NCBI GenBank assembly: GCA_041613315.1
Contig: JBFJHJ010000018.1
Location: forward strand, 1-60,944
DNA length: 60,944 bases
From: Gemmatimonadales bacterium
GTDB taxonomy: Bacteria > Gemmatimonadota > Gemmatimonadetes > Gemmatimonadales > GWC2-71-9
Reading direction: 5' to 3'
Positions 10,618 to 21,442 of the stretch are shown piece by piece. The position numbers were made by a program, and so were the translations under genes. The notes beneath the pieces were generated by a model. That model was not told the origin of the DNA and ran no database searches. It saw nothing but the letters and a program-made list of their open reading frames with translations. Each line of letters begins with the position of its first letter. Positions within the stretch are counted from its first letter, which is position 1.

Positions 10618-11525
10618 GTGAACATCGCGGTGTCGTCCTGGCCGCCACGGGCGGGCGCTACCGCGTCGCGAGCGGTGGCAGAACGTTCGATGCTTCGCTT
10701 CGTGGCAGGCTCAAGCAGGAGTCTCGGGACAAGGTCCTTGTTGGGGATGACGTCACGGTCCACTTCCACGACGACGGGAGCGCCACGATCGAAGCGGTGC
10801 ACCACCGGCGGTCGGTGTTGCAACGGCGCAGCCCGGGTCGGTCGCACGGCGTGCGGAGCGTGGCGGCCAACGTCGACCGTGTCGCCGTCGTGGGAGCCGT
10901 ACGGAGCCCCGACTGGGACCCGCTGCTCATGGACCGGTTCACCGCGGTGGCGGAAGCGAACCTCCTGCCGGTCGTGGTCGTCGTCAACAAGTGCGACCTT
11001 GGCACGGACGGCGACCGGCTTGCGGCACCATACCGAAGCGCCGGGTATCCGGTCGTGCTGACGAGCGTGCCGGAGCGGCTGGGGTTGGAGGAACTGCGGG
11101 AGCATCTCGAGGGGCACGTGTCGCTCTTCACTGGACCGACCGGTGTGGGGAAGTCAAGCCTCCTCAACGCCCTTCAGCCCGGACTGCGACTCCGCACCGC
11201 CGATGTGAGCGCGCGGTCCCGCGGCGGCCGACACACCACGGTGGCGGCTGAGATGCACCCGTTGGGAGCGAATGGGTTCGTTGTGGACACACCGGGGCTG
11301 CGGGACATCGGGCTGTGGGGGCTCGCGCCCCACGAAGTGCAGGCGGCGTTTCCGGAGTTTGCCGAGCACGCGTCCGGCTGTCGGTTCGACGACTGCCGCC
11401 ACCTCGAGGAGCCCGGGTGTGCCGTGGTGCAGGCGGCCACCGATGAGAGGCTCGCCGCGAGCCGGCTCGAGTCCTACCGCAGGCTGTTGCACGAGGCCGA
11501 GGAGGCGGCCCGCCCGTGGGCCTGA
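10611..11525 (+). CDS. rsgA: ribosome small subunit-dependent GTPase A, inferred CTG start
   Basis: VAANVD, NKCD, GPTGVGKSS, GRHTT, DTPG and Zn motif CRFDDCRHLEEPGC. The OB-fold-like N-terminus extends in frame to CTG 10611, preceded by AAGGAG. Confidence 0.9.
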   Translation: MVGEHRGVVLAATGGRYRVASGGRTFDASLRGRLKQESRDKVLVGDDVTVHFHDDGSATIEAVHHRRSVLQRRSPGRSHGVRSVAANVDRVAVVGAVRSPDWDPLLMDRFTAVAEANLLPVVVVVNKCDLGTDGDRLAAPYRSAGYPVVLTSVPERLGLEELREHLEGHVSLFTGPTGVGKSSLLNALQPGLRLRTADVSARSRGGRHTTVAAEMHPLGANGFVVDTPGLRDIGLWGLAPHEVQAAFPEFAEHASGCRFDDCRHLEEPGCAVVQAATDERLAASRLESYRRLLHEAEEAARPWA

Positions 11526-11536
11526 CGCCGCCCCCC

Positions 11537-12757
11537 ATGCCGCTCGCAGCACCGTTTCTCGGTGAGCGCTACGCGGCGCGCGACCTGAGCGATCTCCTCG
11601 CGCCCCCCTACGACGTGATCGGTCCGGGAGAACGGGACGCGCTCACGCGGCGTCACGAGCACAACATCGTACGCCTCATCCTGCCGGAAAACGGCGACGA
11701 CCGGTACCGCCTGGCCGGCGATCGGTATCGACAGTGGCGCCGGCAAGGGGTGCTGGTCGCCGACAAGACGGCCTCGGCGTACGTCGCCCGCCAGGAGTTC
11801 ACCACGCCCGACGGGCTCCGCCATACACGGACCGGGGCGATCGCGGCGGTCGCGGTGGAGCCGTATGCGTTGGGCCGGGTCCGCCCGCACGAGCGCACCC
11901 ATGCAGGGCCGAAAGCGGATCGGCTCGCGCTCCTCCGCGAGAGCAGGGCGATGTTCGAGTCGCTGTTCATGCTGACGCGCGACGAGGGCGGTGAGTTGGC
12001 GACCCTCCTCGAGGAGGCGTCCGCGAAGCGCCCCAACGCCACGGCCGAGTTGCAGGGGGTTCAGGTCACGCTATGGCGCGTCACCGGAAAGAGGGCGCGG
12101 GCGCTGGCCGATGCCGCGGGTCAGGGAGCACTGTACGTGGCCGATGGCCATCACCGTTACGAGACGGCGCTGGCGTACCGCGGGGAATCAGCCGGGGCGG
12201 ACCGTGTCCCGGCGCTCATCGTGCCGTTCGGTGATCCCGGACTGGTCGTGTTTCCGACGCACCGCCTGGTGCACGGCGCACCGGTGTCGCGGGAGCGTGT
12301 CTTCGGCGTATTGCGCGAGCGGGTGCAGATGCGGGACTTGCCGCCCAACGCCAACTACCTGGAGGAGCTCGGCGCGCTCGCGACGCGCGGTGCCGGCTGC
12401 GTGGTGGTGCTCCCGGACGGACCGGCCGTCGCTATCCTGCTCAAGAGCGCTGCGAGGGATCTGGAGTTCGCGAAACAGCCGGCCGTTGCCTCGCTCGACG
12501 TGGCTCGGCTCGACGACCAGGTTGTGAAACAGCTCGTCGCAGAGGCGGGCGCGGACGCCCGGCTCGAATATACGCCGGCAGCCGACCGCGTGATGGACGA
12601 CGTGCACCGGGGCATCGCCGCCGCCGGCGTCCTGTTGAATCCGACACCGGCCGCCGCGGTGCTCGCGGTGGCGGACGCCGGTGCGGTGATGCCGCAGAAG
12701 TCCACGTTTTTCTATCCGAAGGTGCCGAGCGGGTTGGTCGTGATGCGGTATCCGTAG
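11537..12757 (+). CDS. DUF1015 family protein
   Basis: APPYDVI, RPHERT, ADGHHRYETA, PTHR, MPQKSTFFYPK. Confidence 0.88.
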   Translation: MPLAAPFLGERYAARDLSDLLAPPYDVIGPGERDALTRRHEHNIVRLILPENGDDRYRLAGDRYRQWRRQGVLVADKTASAYVARQEFTTPDGLRHTRTGAIAAVAVEPYALGRVRPHERTHAGPKADRLALLRESRAMFESLFMLTRDEGGELATLLEEASAKRPNATAELQGVQVTLWRVTGKRARALADAAGQGALYVADGHHRYETALAYRGESAGADRVPALIVPFGDPGLVVFPTHRLVHGAPVSRERVFGVLRERVQMRDLPPNANYLEELGALATRGAGCVVVLPDGPAVAILLKSAARDLEFAKQPAVASLDVARLDDQVVKQLVAEAGADARLEYTPAADRVMDDVHRGIAAAGVLLNPTPAAAVLAVADAGAVMPQKSTFFYPKVPSGLVVMRYP

Positions 12758-12866
12758 TCCGCTGCCCGTAGCCTGTCGTGGGGAGGGGTGTCGTCGCCTC
12801 GCCGTCGTCCGCTACCGGGCACGCACCGGTGGCGAGCGTTCAGCCGACGGCGCAGCGAGACCAGGT

Positions 12867-12887
12867 AACGGAGAACGGAGAACGGAT
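12867..12887 (+). repeat. short tandem heptamer repeat (AACGGAG x3)
   Basis: AACGGAG AACGGAG AACGGAT in the gap between convergent genes. Confidence 0.6.
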
Positions 12888-12922
12888 ACCCGAGAAGGCA
12901 GCAGCCTCGCGGATTCCGGCGA

Positions 12923-15136
12923 TCAGCGCGCCACCGAGAACTGGTACGAGAACTTCGCGATCAACGTGCGGTGCAGGATTCCCGCACCCGTGCCCGTGCG
13001 CTCCACCTGATTGTACACCAGGAAGAACCCGGTGCCCGCGGTTCCCAGCCACCCGAATCGGAAATTGCCCGACCAGTTGTTCGCCTGCGTGTTGTACTGA
13101 GCGAGGGACTGCAGGTAGATCCGTGGGGTGAAGGAGTATGCCAGCCGCGCGCTCAGGAGCGTTGTCTCGAAACTCCCCTCGAGAAGGTCCACGTCGTTGT
13201 AGGTTGCCCGGAGCGAGATCGCGAGCGTCGTGCCGGAGCGCCCGCTGACGGTGGCGGACACGCTCTTGCGGTGACCGGAGAGAAATCCCCCCACGTCGAG
13301 CGAACCGTTCAGCGAGATCGGCGCGCTCTCGTTGGTGTTGAACCGCCATGCCGCCTCGAAGTTATCGTATACACCGGGGGGCACGAAGATGCTGTCGGCG
13401 ATCTCGAAGGGCTCCTTGAGCCCCTCGCGCGTGAAGTTGAACGCCGGGCTGAAAAAGGCGCCGTTCGCGAACTCGACGTGTGAGTCGAGGTGGATCTGGC
13501 GTGTCTCGTTGAACCCGCCGAAATCGAAGTACGACCGGTAGGATGCGTGGGGCCGTAGCTCCCGGAGCCACGAGACTCCCGGCGTACGCACATGTCGCAG
13601 AAGGCGGCCACTCACGAGCCGGTACCCCGAGCGCTCGAGGAACCCCGCCTCGGGGTTGAAGTCCTCGCCCACCTCTCCATACTGCAACTCCGCATTCCAG
13701 TCCCTGGTCCGGTAACCTCCGCTCACCTCAAACGCATGATCGCGGCGCGTGCGCCCCGGAGTCGCGGTGGCTGCGGCGTAGCCATCGAAGGTAATCGCGT
13801 CCCCGATACCGAGGCGGGCGTCGGCGGCGAACGTGCGGTTGTACACGTCGGTGTCGGTGGTGACGATACGGTTCACGAATAGCGCGCCGATGCGGGAACG
13901 GTTCGGCAGCTCGCGCGCGATCCTCACGACGCCGTAATTCGTGGGCGCCGCGATCGTATCCAGGCGCTCCGTCTGAATATCGAGGATGCCGATGCTCAGG
14001 CCGGCCACCTTTCCGGTCAACCGACCGCCACCCAGGATAGGCGCGGGGCTCCCGTCGTGTGCGATCCCGACCCTCCGGCTGAAGAACATCTCGACGGCCT
14101 GCGGTGACCCCACGGCAAAGAGCCCGGCATTCTCGAGGAAGAAGGGCCGTTTTTCCGGGAAGAACAGGTTGAACCGTGTGAGGTTGACCTGCTGCTCGTC
14201 TACCTCGACCTGGGCGAAGTCGGTGTTGTACGTGAGGTCCAGCGTCAGTCCGGAGGTGAGGCCAAGTTTTGCGTCCGCGCCGAACTCGCGACCCCACTGT
14301 ACCCCCTCCACCGTCTCGAAGTCCCGGCTGGCCGAGCTCAGGAGGTACGGCGTGAACGACATGGGCCGCCGGGAGGGGGCCACGATTCCCTCGATCGCGC
14401 CGGCCTGGGAAATGCGGTACAGCGAGTGCTGGCGGGGGATCGGGGACCAGAACGACTGCTCGTTGTAGCGACGGATGTGGCGGGCCATGTTGAGCCCCCA
14501 CGCCTGGAGCCCGGCACGTCCGTACCGGAGGGTCGAGAATGGAATGCGGAACTCCGCGTACCAGCCGGCGGAGTCGGACGAGGTCGCTACCTGCCAGCTG
14601 CCGTCCCAGTTGACATTGAATCCACCCCCCGACCCGGTCTGTTGCCGCCGCTGGCCTTGGCCACCGCCCTCACCCTCGCGGGTCACCTGGCCGTCGTACT
14701 CGATGCCCGCGGGCGTGGTGCCGAACACGAAGGCGTTCTGCCCGTCGTGGAACGTGTCGAGCACGATGACGAACGCGTCGGTGTCGTCCAGGCCCGCGTC
14801 ACGGCGGTTCTCCCCGACCACGATCGCCGAGGGGGAGCCGTCGAACAACCAGGCGCCGACGTAGATGGCCTCGGCGTCGAACAGGATCCGCACCCGCGTC
14901 CGCTCGGTGACGGGGTCGCCTTCCCGGGGCTCGTGTTGGACGAACCCGTCGATCACCGGGGCCGCTACCCACGCGGCGTCATCCAGGCGGCCATCCACCC
15001 GGGGGGGCCGGTCGGTTTGGGTGGCGACGGCCGTCTTCGGGATCGCGGCGCCGGGCGCCGTCTGCGCCCCTGCCGGGGCCGGCCCGGCCAGCAGGGCGAG
15101 GATGCCCGCGACGGTCCGCGTCCGGAATCCCGTCAT
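12923..15136 (-). CDS. DUF5916 / CBM9-like outer-membrane protein
   Basis: Signal peptide, PRVDGRLDDAAW, DTFHDGQNAFVF, NTDFAQVEVD..VNLTRF.LFFPEKRPFFLE, beta-rich C-terminus. Confidence 0.85.
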   Translation of the reverse strand: MTGFRTRTVAGILALLAGPAPAGAQTAPGAAIPKTAVATQTDRPPRVDGRLDDAAWVAAPVIDGFVQHEPREGDPVTERTRVRILFDAEAIYVGAWLFDGSPSAIVVGENRRDAGLDDTDAFVIVLDTFHDGQNAFVFGTTPAGIEYDGQVTREGEGGGQGQRRQQTGSGGGFNVNWDGSWQVATSSDSAGWYAEFRIPFSTLRYGRAGLQAWGLNMARHIRRYNEQSFWSPIPRQHSLYRISQAGAIEGIVAPSRRPMSFTPYLLSSASRDFETVEGVQWGREFGADAKLGLTSGLTLDLTYNTDFAQVEVDEQQVNLTRFNLFFPEKRPFFLENAGLFAVGSPQAVEMFFSRRVGIAHDGSPAPILGGGRLTGKVAGLSIGILDIQTERLDTIAAPTNYGVVRIARELPNRSRIGALFVNRIVTTDTDVYNRTFAADARLGIGDAITFDGYAAATATPGRTRRDHAFEVSGGYRTRDWNAELQYGEVGEDFNPEAGFLERSGYRLVSGRLLRHVRTPGVSWLRELRPHASYRSYFDFGGFNETRQIHLDSHVEFANGAFFSPAFNFTREGLKEPFEIADSIFVPPGVYDNFEAAWRFNTNESAPISLNGSLDVGGFLSGHRKSVSATVSGRSGTTLAISLRATYNDVDLLEGSFETTLLSARLAYSFTPRIYLQSLAQYNTQANNWSGNFRFGWLGTAGTGFFLVYNQVERTGTGAGILHRTLIAKFSYQFSVAR

Positions 15137-15444
15137 CGCGCCCCACGCCGGACCGCCCGGCGGTGGCGGGCCCAGGCGTGCACGGCATACCGCAGGAAGT
15201 TGTCCCGCTCCAGAGGCCGCTCAGCCAGGTAGTCCCAGGCGGCGAGGTGCCCCTTGGCGGTGTTGCACGACATGCAGGCGGTCACGAGATTCCCCATCGA
15301 GTGGTCGCCGCGCTTTACCCGCGGCTGGACGTGGTCCACGGTGAGCTGGTCGGACGGCAGAACGCGGCCACAGTACACGCACCGGAACCCGTCTCGTTCG
15401 AAGATCTTGGCGCGCCGGTCGGGCGTCCGCGGCGTCCGGTGCAC
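15133..15444 (-). CDS. small HNH endonuclease
   Basis: IFERDGFRCVYCG, LTVDHVQP, GNLVTACMSCNTAKG. GTG start with GGAG upstream. Confidence 0.88.
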   Translation of the reverse strand: MHRTPRTPDRRAKIFERDGFRCVYCGRVLPSDQLTVDHVQPRVKRGDHSMGNLVTACMSCNTAKGHLAAWDYLAERPLERDNFLRYAVHAWARHRRAVRRGAR

Positions 15445-15471
15445 TGTCGCGCTCCATGCCAAGGAGTCCTG

Positions 15472-15723
15472 ATGAGTCCCCGCTCCCGGGATCGCATCGT
15501 CGCCAACCTCGAGTCCATTTACCGTGAGGCCTACGACCGCGCCAAGGCGGCCGGCGACGCCCAGCGGATGCAAGATCTGGACGCGTCTTTCCAGCGGGAG
15601 CAGCTCGTGCTGGAAGTCCTGCTGGACGTGCGCGACGCGCTCCTCACGAGCGGCAAGGCGCCGGCGTCCGGCGCGGCCATGGACAAGCTCGACGCCCTGC
15701 GACGGCTGGCCAGGCTCCGCTGA
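15472..15723 (+). CDS. hypothetical helical protein
   Basis: AAGGAG before ATG 15472; [21 protein letters not shown]...[12 protein letters not shown]. Confidence 0.7.
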   Translation: MSPRSRDRIVANLESIYREAYDRAKAAGDAQRMQDLDASFQREQLVLEVLLDVRDALLTSGKAPASGAAMDKLDALRRLARLR

Positions 15724-15799
15724 CGCGGCGGTCCGGCACTGCCCGACGCCAAATATACACGCTGGTTTGCCCCCGGACCCCGGCTATCTTTGGAAGACT

Positions 15800-17944
15800 A
15801 TGGCAACGCCACCAAGAACGAAGTCGAAGCGGGGCGCGGCGCGCACCCGTGGCCCGCGGTTGGCGAAGGACGAGCTCCTCGACATTTACCGCCTGATGCT
15901 CACCTCCCGGCGGCTGGACGACAAGGAGATCCAGCTCAAGCGGCAGAACCGGATCTTCTTCCAGATATCCGGCGCCGGTCACGAGGCGGTTCTGGTCGCG
16001 TCCGGCAAGGCGCTCAAGCCCGCCCACGACTGGTTCTACCCGTACTACCGCGACCGGGCGCTGTGCCTCACGCTGGGCATGACGCCGACCGAGATGCTGT
16101 TGTCGGCCGTCGCCGCGGCCGACGACCCCAACAGCGCGGGGCGGCAGATGCCGTCCCACTGGGGCCATAAGGACCTGAACATCGTCAGTCAGTCGAGCCC
16201 CACGGGCACACAGTTCTTGAACGCCGTGGGGTGCGCCGAGGCGTGGCTCCGCTACGACCGGATCAAGGAGATTCCGGACCGCGAAGAGCGCAGCCGGAGC
16301 GACGAGGTCGTGTATTGCTCTGCGGGCGACGGGACCACCAGCGAGGGTGAGTTCTGGGAGGCGCTCAACACCGCCTGCAACCTCCGCCTCCCGGTGCTGT
16401 TCCTGATCGAGGACAACGCGTACGCCATCTCAGTGCCGGTCGAGGTGCAGACGGCCGGCGCCTCGGTGTCGAAGCTCCTCACGGGCTTTCCGCACCTTCA
16501 CGTGGCCGAGGTGGACGGCTGCGATCCGGTCGCGTCGTACGACGCGCTGACCAAGGCCACGGCCTACTGTCGCGCGCGAAAGGGGCCGGCGCTGGTCCAC
16601 GCCCACGTGATCCGGCCTTACTCCCACTCGTTGTCGGACGATGAGATGATGTACAAGCCGCCGACGGAGCGCGAAGCGGAAGCGAAACGCGACCCGCTCA
16701 TCACGTTCGCCGCCCGGTTGCTCGCCGACGGCGTGGCCACGGAGGAGGAGCTGGACGGGATTGGCCGAAGAGCGGACGAGGACGTCGAGCTGGCGGCGGA
16801 AGTCGCGCTCGCCGCGCCGCAGCCGCGCGCGGAGACGCTGTTCCTCCATGTCTACTCCCCGGACGTGGATCCGACCGGCGAGCCGTTCGATACCGAGGAC
16901 GATCCGCACTTCACGGGCGATCCCACCACGATGGTCGATCTGCTCAACAAGTGCATGGAAGACGAGATGGGCCGCGACCCGCGGATCGTGCTCTTCGGGG
17001 AGGATGTGGCGGACGTGTCGCGCGAGCAGTACTTGGGTGAGGTCAAGGGGAAGGGCGGGGTCTTCAAGGTCACGTGGGGCCTCCAGAAGAAGTTCGGCAG
17101 CGACCGGGTCTACAATTCGCCGCTCGCGGAGGCCAACATCGTGGGCCGCGCGGTGGGGCTCGCCACCCGCGGCATCAAGCCGGTGGTCGAGATCCAGTTC
17201 TTCGACTACATCTGGCCGGCTTATCATCAGATCCGGAATGAGCTCGCGACGCTCCGCTGGCGCAGCAACGGCGCGTTCAGCGCGCCTGTCGTGATCCGGG
17301 CAACGTACGGCGGGTATCTGAAGGGGGGCGCGCTCTACCACTCGCAGACCGGCGCCGCCGTCTACACCGGCATTCCGGGGCTTCGGGTCGTGTGTCCGTC
17401 AACGGCGCTCGATGCCAACGGGCTCCTCAGGACCGCGATCCGCTGCGACGACCCGGTCATCTTCCTGGAGCACAAGCACCTGTACCGCCAAACGTACAAC
17501 AAGGCGCCCTATCCCGGCCCCAATTTCATGATCCCGTTCGGCAAGGCGAAGGTCGTGCGCGAAGGGGCCGATCTCACCGTGATCACGTACGGCGCGGTCG
17601 TGCAGCGCACCCTGGTGGCGGCGAAGGCCCTTGAGGAGTCGGACGGCATCAGCACCGAGGTGATCGATCTGCGCTCCCTCAACCCGGTGGACTGGGAGAC
17701 GATCGAAGAGTCGGTGCGGAAGACCAGTAAGGTGATCGTCGCGTATGAGGACGCGCTGTCTTTCGGCTACGGCGCCGAAATCGCGGCGCGGATTGCCGAT
17801 GAGCTGTTCGTTTGGCTGGACGCACCGGTCAAACGCGTTGCATCCACCGACACCTTTGTCGCCTATGCGCCCGAGCTGGAAGATGTGATCCTGCCGCAGG
17901 TGGGGGACCTTCGGGAGGCGATCGAGGCGCTCCACCGGTTTTGA
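15800..17944 (+). CDS. 2-oxoacid dehydrogenase E1, fused alpha/beta
   Basis: [27 protein letters not shown] (TPP binding), [24 protein letters not shown]. Confidence 0.93.
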   Translation: MATPPRTKSKRGAARTRGPRLAKDELLDIYRLMLTSRRLDDKEIQLKRQNRIFFQISGAGHEAVLVASGKALKPAHDWFYPYYRDRALCLTLGMTPTEMLLSAVAAADDPNSAGRQMPSHWGHKDLNIVSQSSPTGTQFLNAVGCAEAWLRYDRIKEIPDREERSRSDEVVYCSAGDGTTSEGEFWEALNTACNLRLPVLFLIEDNAYAISVPVEVQTAGASVSKLLTGFPHLHVAEVDGCDPVASYDALTKATAYCRARKGPALVHAHVIRPYSHSLSDDEMMYKPPTEREAEAKRDPLITFAARLLADGVATEEELDGIGRRADEDVELAAEVALAAPQPRAETLFLHVYSPDVDPTGEPFDTEDDPHFTGDPTTMVDLLNKCMEDEMGRDPRIVLFGEDVADVSREQYLGEVKGKGGVFKVTWGLQKKFGSDRVYNSPLAEANIVGRAVGLATRGIKPVVEIQFFDYIWPAYHQIRNELATLRWRSNGAFSAPVVIRATYGGYLKGGALYHSQTGAAVYTGIPGLRVVCPSTALDANGLLRTAIRCDDPVIFLEHKHLYRQTYNKAPYPGPNFMIPFGKAKVVREGADLTVITYGAVVQRTLVAAKALEESDGISTEVIDLRSLNPVDWETIEESVRKTSKVIVAYEDALSFGYGAEIAARIADELFVWLDAPVKRVASTDTFVAYAPELEDVILPQVGDLREAIEALHRF

Positions 17945-17977
17945 GGCAAGGGCGTGACGCGGGGGGGGGGCGGAGCG

Positions 17978-19456
17978 TCAACTCGCCATGACGGTGCGAC
18001 TTCGGGCCCACTGGCGCAGGGCCGCGATCTCCTCGCCCCGGGTCACTGAGAGCGGCCGTGTGGCGGCAAGCTCGTCGAGAATCAGTGCGGTGTCCAGATT
18101 CGTCTCCAGGGAAAACGCCGTGTAGAGCGCGGCGACGATGGCTTGCTCGATCTCGGCGCCGCTGTACCCCTCCGACGCCCCCGCCAGCCCCGTAAGATCG
18201 AACGCCGCTGGATCCCGCTCGCGCGCCCGCAGGTGCATCGCGAGGATCTCCTCGCGCTCATCGCCACGCGGCAAGTCGATGAAGAAAATCTCGTCGAACC
18301 GTCCCTTGCGGGTCATTTCGGGCGGAAGCTGCGAAATGTCGTTACAGGTGGCGACCACAAAGACGGGCGCCTTTCGTTCCTGGAGCCACCCCAGAAGCCG
18401 GCCGAAGACGCGGCGCGAGAGGCCGGCGTCGGCGTCGGCGTCGGCGTACGCGAACCCCTTCTCGATCTCGTCGAGCAGCAAGATGCAGGGGGCCATGCGC
18501 TCGCAGACCGCGAGGGCCCGCTCGAGGTTCTTCTCCGACTCGCCGACGTATTTTTCGTAGAGCCGCCCGGGCTCGAGTTTGAGCAGCGGTAGCGCCCAGT
18601 CCTTGGCGACCGCCCGGGCGGCGACGCTCTTGCCACATCCCTGGATGCCCAACAGGATGATGCCCTTCGGCGGTTCGAGCCCGAATCGCTTCGCCTCTGG
18701 GGTAAAGGCGTTTCGGCGCTTCCGTAGCCAGGCCTTGAGGTTCTCCAATCCACCGACCTCGGCCATGCCGTCGTCGAGGCGGACGTACTCCAGTGTGCCC
18801 TCCTCCTGCAGCAGCTCCCGTTTGAACTCGACCACGTGTTTCAGGTCCCTGCGGTCGAGCGACATGTCCTGGAGAATGGACTTCGTCACGACTCGCTGCG
18901 CCTCAAACAGCGTGAGTCCCTTCAGACGCTCTGCCAACTGCCGTAGGTCTTCGGCGGGCAGCTCAACCGCGATGCGGTGTTGCTTACTGAGGTCTCGCAC
19001 GACGTCTCGGACGACGGTTGTCAGCTCGCTCTCGTTCGGGAGAGCGAACGCGAGTCGAGATACGAGCTTCGACAACTCGATCGGAATAGTGATGTGCGGC
19101 GCCGAAAACACGAGCGCCCGGCGGTCCCGGGAGTAGAGTTGGGCGATCTCCTGCAGCCGGCGGATGACCTTGCCGTCTGACAGGTGCCGGTGCAGGTCCT
19201 TGAAGAAGCACAGCCGCTCGGTCTGGAGCGTCGCCAGGTACGATAGAGCCTTCGCGACATCCTGCGTGTCCTGCATGCTGCGCTCGGATCCGACGCGCTG
19301 TAGTCCGCCCGTCGCCGACCAGATCATCAGGGGGATGTGCATGTCGATGGCCAGCCGCTTCAACGCCTCTTCCACCCGCTCCTCTTCGAAGGATTCAATC
19401 GCGATCAGCGGACAGCGGGAGTGGATCAGCAGCTCCAGGTCCCGGAGAGCATCCAT
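17978..19456 (-). CDS. Ycf46-like AAA+ ATPase
   Basis: VGGLENLKAWL, GIQGCGKS, LLDEIEK, PPEMTRKGRFDEIFFIDLP, PLSVTR..I..LRQWA. GGAGG before ATG 19456. Confidence 0.9.
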   Translation of the reverse strand: MDALRDLELLIHSRCPLIAIESFEEERVEEALKRLAIDMHIPLMIWSATGGLQRVGSERSMQDTQDVAKALSYLATLQTERLCFFKDLHRHLSDGKVIRRLQEIAQLYSRDRRALVFSAPHITIPIELSKLVSRLAFALPNESELTTVVRDVVRDLSKQHRIAVELPAEDLRQLAERLKGLTLFEAQRVVTKSILQDMSLDRRDLKHVVEFKRELLQEEGTLEYVRLDDGMAEVGGLENLKAWLRKRRNAFTPEAKRFGLEPPKGIILLGIQGCGKSVAARAVAKDWALPLLKLEPGRLYEKYVGESEKNLERALAVCERMAPCILLLDEIEKGFAYADADADAGLSRRVFGRLLGWLQERKAPVFVVATCNDISQLPPEMTRKGRFDEIFFIDLPRGDEREEILAMHLRARERDPAAFDLTGLAGASEGYSGAEIEQAIVAALYTAFSLETNLDTALILDELAATRPLSVTRGEEIAALRQWARSRTVMAS

Positions 19457-19579
19457 TGCAGTGTCCCTCCGCACACCGTGAGCGTGAACGAGAAACAAGC
19501 GACAATGCTCGAGGCGTTGCCGCTTGGTGAGGCGACCGATGTCCGCCTAGATGGTACCTACGGCTTCAGAAGTGCGCCG

Positions 19580-21442
19580 TTACCCCGTCACCCCCCTCCC
19601 CAGCGCTTGGCGGATCTCGCCGGCGGCGTCGATGGCCGCCTCGACGTCGATCTGGAGCGCCCGAGCCTCCTGCGTCGCCGACGTGATGTCGGCCAGGACC
19701 GCCTGCATGCCGGCGGAGCGGAGCCGGAGCAGATCAAACCGTACGTTCTGCACGGCGAGCACGCACGACTCGAACTGGGCCTCGACCTTGTGGCGCCGCT
19801 GGACGAGCTCGGCGAGGGCCGCGCGCTGGCGCTGCAGCAGGTCGAGCCGGCGCATGTTCTCCGTGTCGCTCCCCGAGTCCTCCTCCTGCAGCGTCTGAAT
19901 GCGCTCGTCCAACCGGGCGAGCGCGCTGTTGTCCACCTGCCCCTCCATCTGGTGGAGGGTGCGACCCAGCTCCACCGCTCGGGCCATCAGGGCGTCCACG
20001 GTGTGCGCCACGTCGGGCAGCATCTCGCGTTCGGTCGGGGAGAGCTTCTCGACCATCTGCACCACGGCCGTCCGGTCCTTGCGCATCTGCTCGATGTGGC
20101 CGGCGAGGCGGCCGAACTCGCCGGTGGTGGGCGCCGGCAGCGCCGCCGGCGCCGCGGGACTCTGACCGGCGGCAGGCGGGAGCGCGTCGGGCGCGACGGG
20201 GCGGTTCAGCACGTCCCGCATGCTGTAGCCCGACGACCACAGCTTCCCGTACTGCGATGCGAGTCCGATGCCCCACCCGATGGCCGGGAACAGGAACCAC
20301 GGGGAGTCGAGCCCCGTCACCACATTGAGCAACAGCAACCCGCCGTTCACCGACACGTAGGAGGCGAAGTTCGCTCGGAACTTCCGGACGACGTCGGGCT
20401 CTCCGGCTTTCGATTCCTCGATCGGCTGCTCGCGCCGCGCCTCCACCTCGCGGCGGCGGCCGGCACGTCCCCGCTCGCGGCGACCGCCGCCCTCGAACCA
20501 CTCCCAGTACTCGCGGTCCCGGTTGCGCTGCGGCGGGCGAGCCCGAGGCCGGCGCGACGGGGACGCCCGTGGGCGGTACGGCGCCGAGCTCTTGTTCTCC
20601 AGCGCCCGGCGCAGCGCATCGGCCGTCGGCCACCGGGCTTCGGGATCCTTGTCCAGACATCGGGCGATGGTGCCTGCCAGATCGTCGGGACAGTCGGGCC
20701 GCGACTCGGCGATGTCGGGGACCGGCTGGGTGATCTGCTTGACCAAGATCCCCGCGACGGTGGGCGCCTGAAACGGCAGCTCACCCGTCAGCATCTCGTA
20801 CCCCACCACCCCGAGTGAGTACAGGTCGCTGCGCGCGTCGATCTCCCGCTCTCCGCTCGCCTGCTCCGGGGACATGTACGCGGGGGTCCCGATTGCCACG
20901 CCCGTTCCGGTCAGCGTGCCGCCGCTCATCGACAGTGCCTTGGCGATCCCGAAGTCCGTCACCATGACCCGTCGGCGCGTGCCTTCGAGCAGGACGTTGT
21001 CGGGCTTGATGTCGCGGTGGATGACGCCCATCGCGTGGGCGAGCCCGAGCGCGTCGGCGGTCTCCTTCATGATCCGCCGGGTTTCTTCCACCGGCAGGCG
21101 CTCCCGCCGCCGGAGCCGCGCCGCCAGCGATTCGCCGTCTACGAAGCCCATGACGAAGTACACGAGCCCGTCGCGTTCGCCGACGGAGTGAATCGGAACG
21201 ATGTGGGGATGGGAGAGCCGCGCGGCCGTCTGGGCCTCGCGGATGAAGCGCTTGCGGATCTCTTCCTTGAAGGCGAGGTCGGGAGGGAGAACCTTGATGG
21301 CGACGCGGCGCCTCAGCTTGAGGTCGCGAGCACTATACACGATCCCCATGCCCCCGCGCCCGATCTCCCCCTCGAGCTCGTAGGCGTCAGTCAGTACCTC
21401 CGCCAACCGCTGCGCTATCGGCCCGAGGGTCGCCTCGTCCAT
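19580..21442 (-). CDS. Hanks-type Ser/Thr protein kinase with 2TM domain and C-terminal coiled coil
   Basis: GRGGMG, VAIK, HRDIKPDN, DFG, GTPAYMSPEQ, then YVSVNGGLLLLN...PWFLFPAIGWGIGL (2TM-like). Confidence 0.92.
   Translation of the reverse strand: MDEATLGPIAQRLAEVLTDAYELEGEIGRGGMGIVYSARDLKLRRRVAIKVLPPDLAFKEEIRKRFIREAQTAARLSHPHIVPIHSVGERDGLVYFVMGFVDGESLAARLRRRERLPVEETRRIMKETADALGLAHAMGVIHRDIKPDNVLLEGTRRRVMVTDFGIAKALSMSGGTLTGTGVAIGTPAYMSPEQASGEREIDARSDLYSLGVVGYEMLTGELPFQAPTVAGILVKQITQPVPDIAESRPDCPDDLAGTIARCLDKDPEARWPTADALRRALENKSSAPYRPRASPSRRPRARPPQRNRDREYWEWFEGGGRRERGRAGRRREVEARREQPIEESKAGEPDVVRKFRANFASYVSVNGGLLLLNVVTGLDSPWFLFPAIGWGIGLASQYGKLWSSGYSMRDVLNRPVAPDALPPAAGQSPAAPAALPAPTTGEFGRLAGHIEQMRKDRTAVVQMVEKLSPTEREMLPDVAHTVDALMARAVELGRTLHQMEGQVDNSALARLDERIQTLQEEDSGSDTENMRRLDLLQRQRAALAELVQRRHKVEAQFESCVLAVQNVRFDLLRLRSAGMQAVLADITSATQEARALQIDVEAAIDAAGEIRQALGRGVTG

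Noticed and set aside
15800..17944. E1 alpha/beta fusion without adjacent E2/E3
   Set aside because: A well-known arrangement in several phyla; not novel.
17955..17980. G10 tract inside a TGACGC..GCGTCA hairpin as a phase-variation site
   Set aside because: It lies between convergent gene ends, not in a CDS or promoter; at most terminator-like.
18425..18448. GGCGTC hexamer microsatellite (ADADAD) in the AAA ATPase
   Set aside because: Short, in frame and probably in a loop; no evidence of function.
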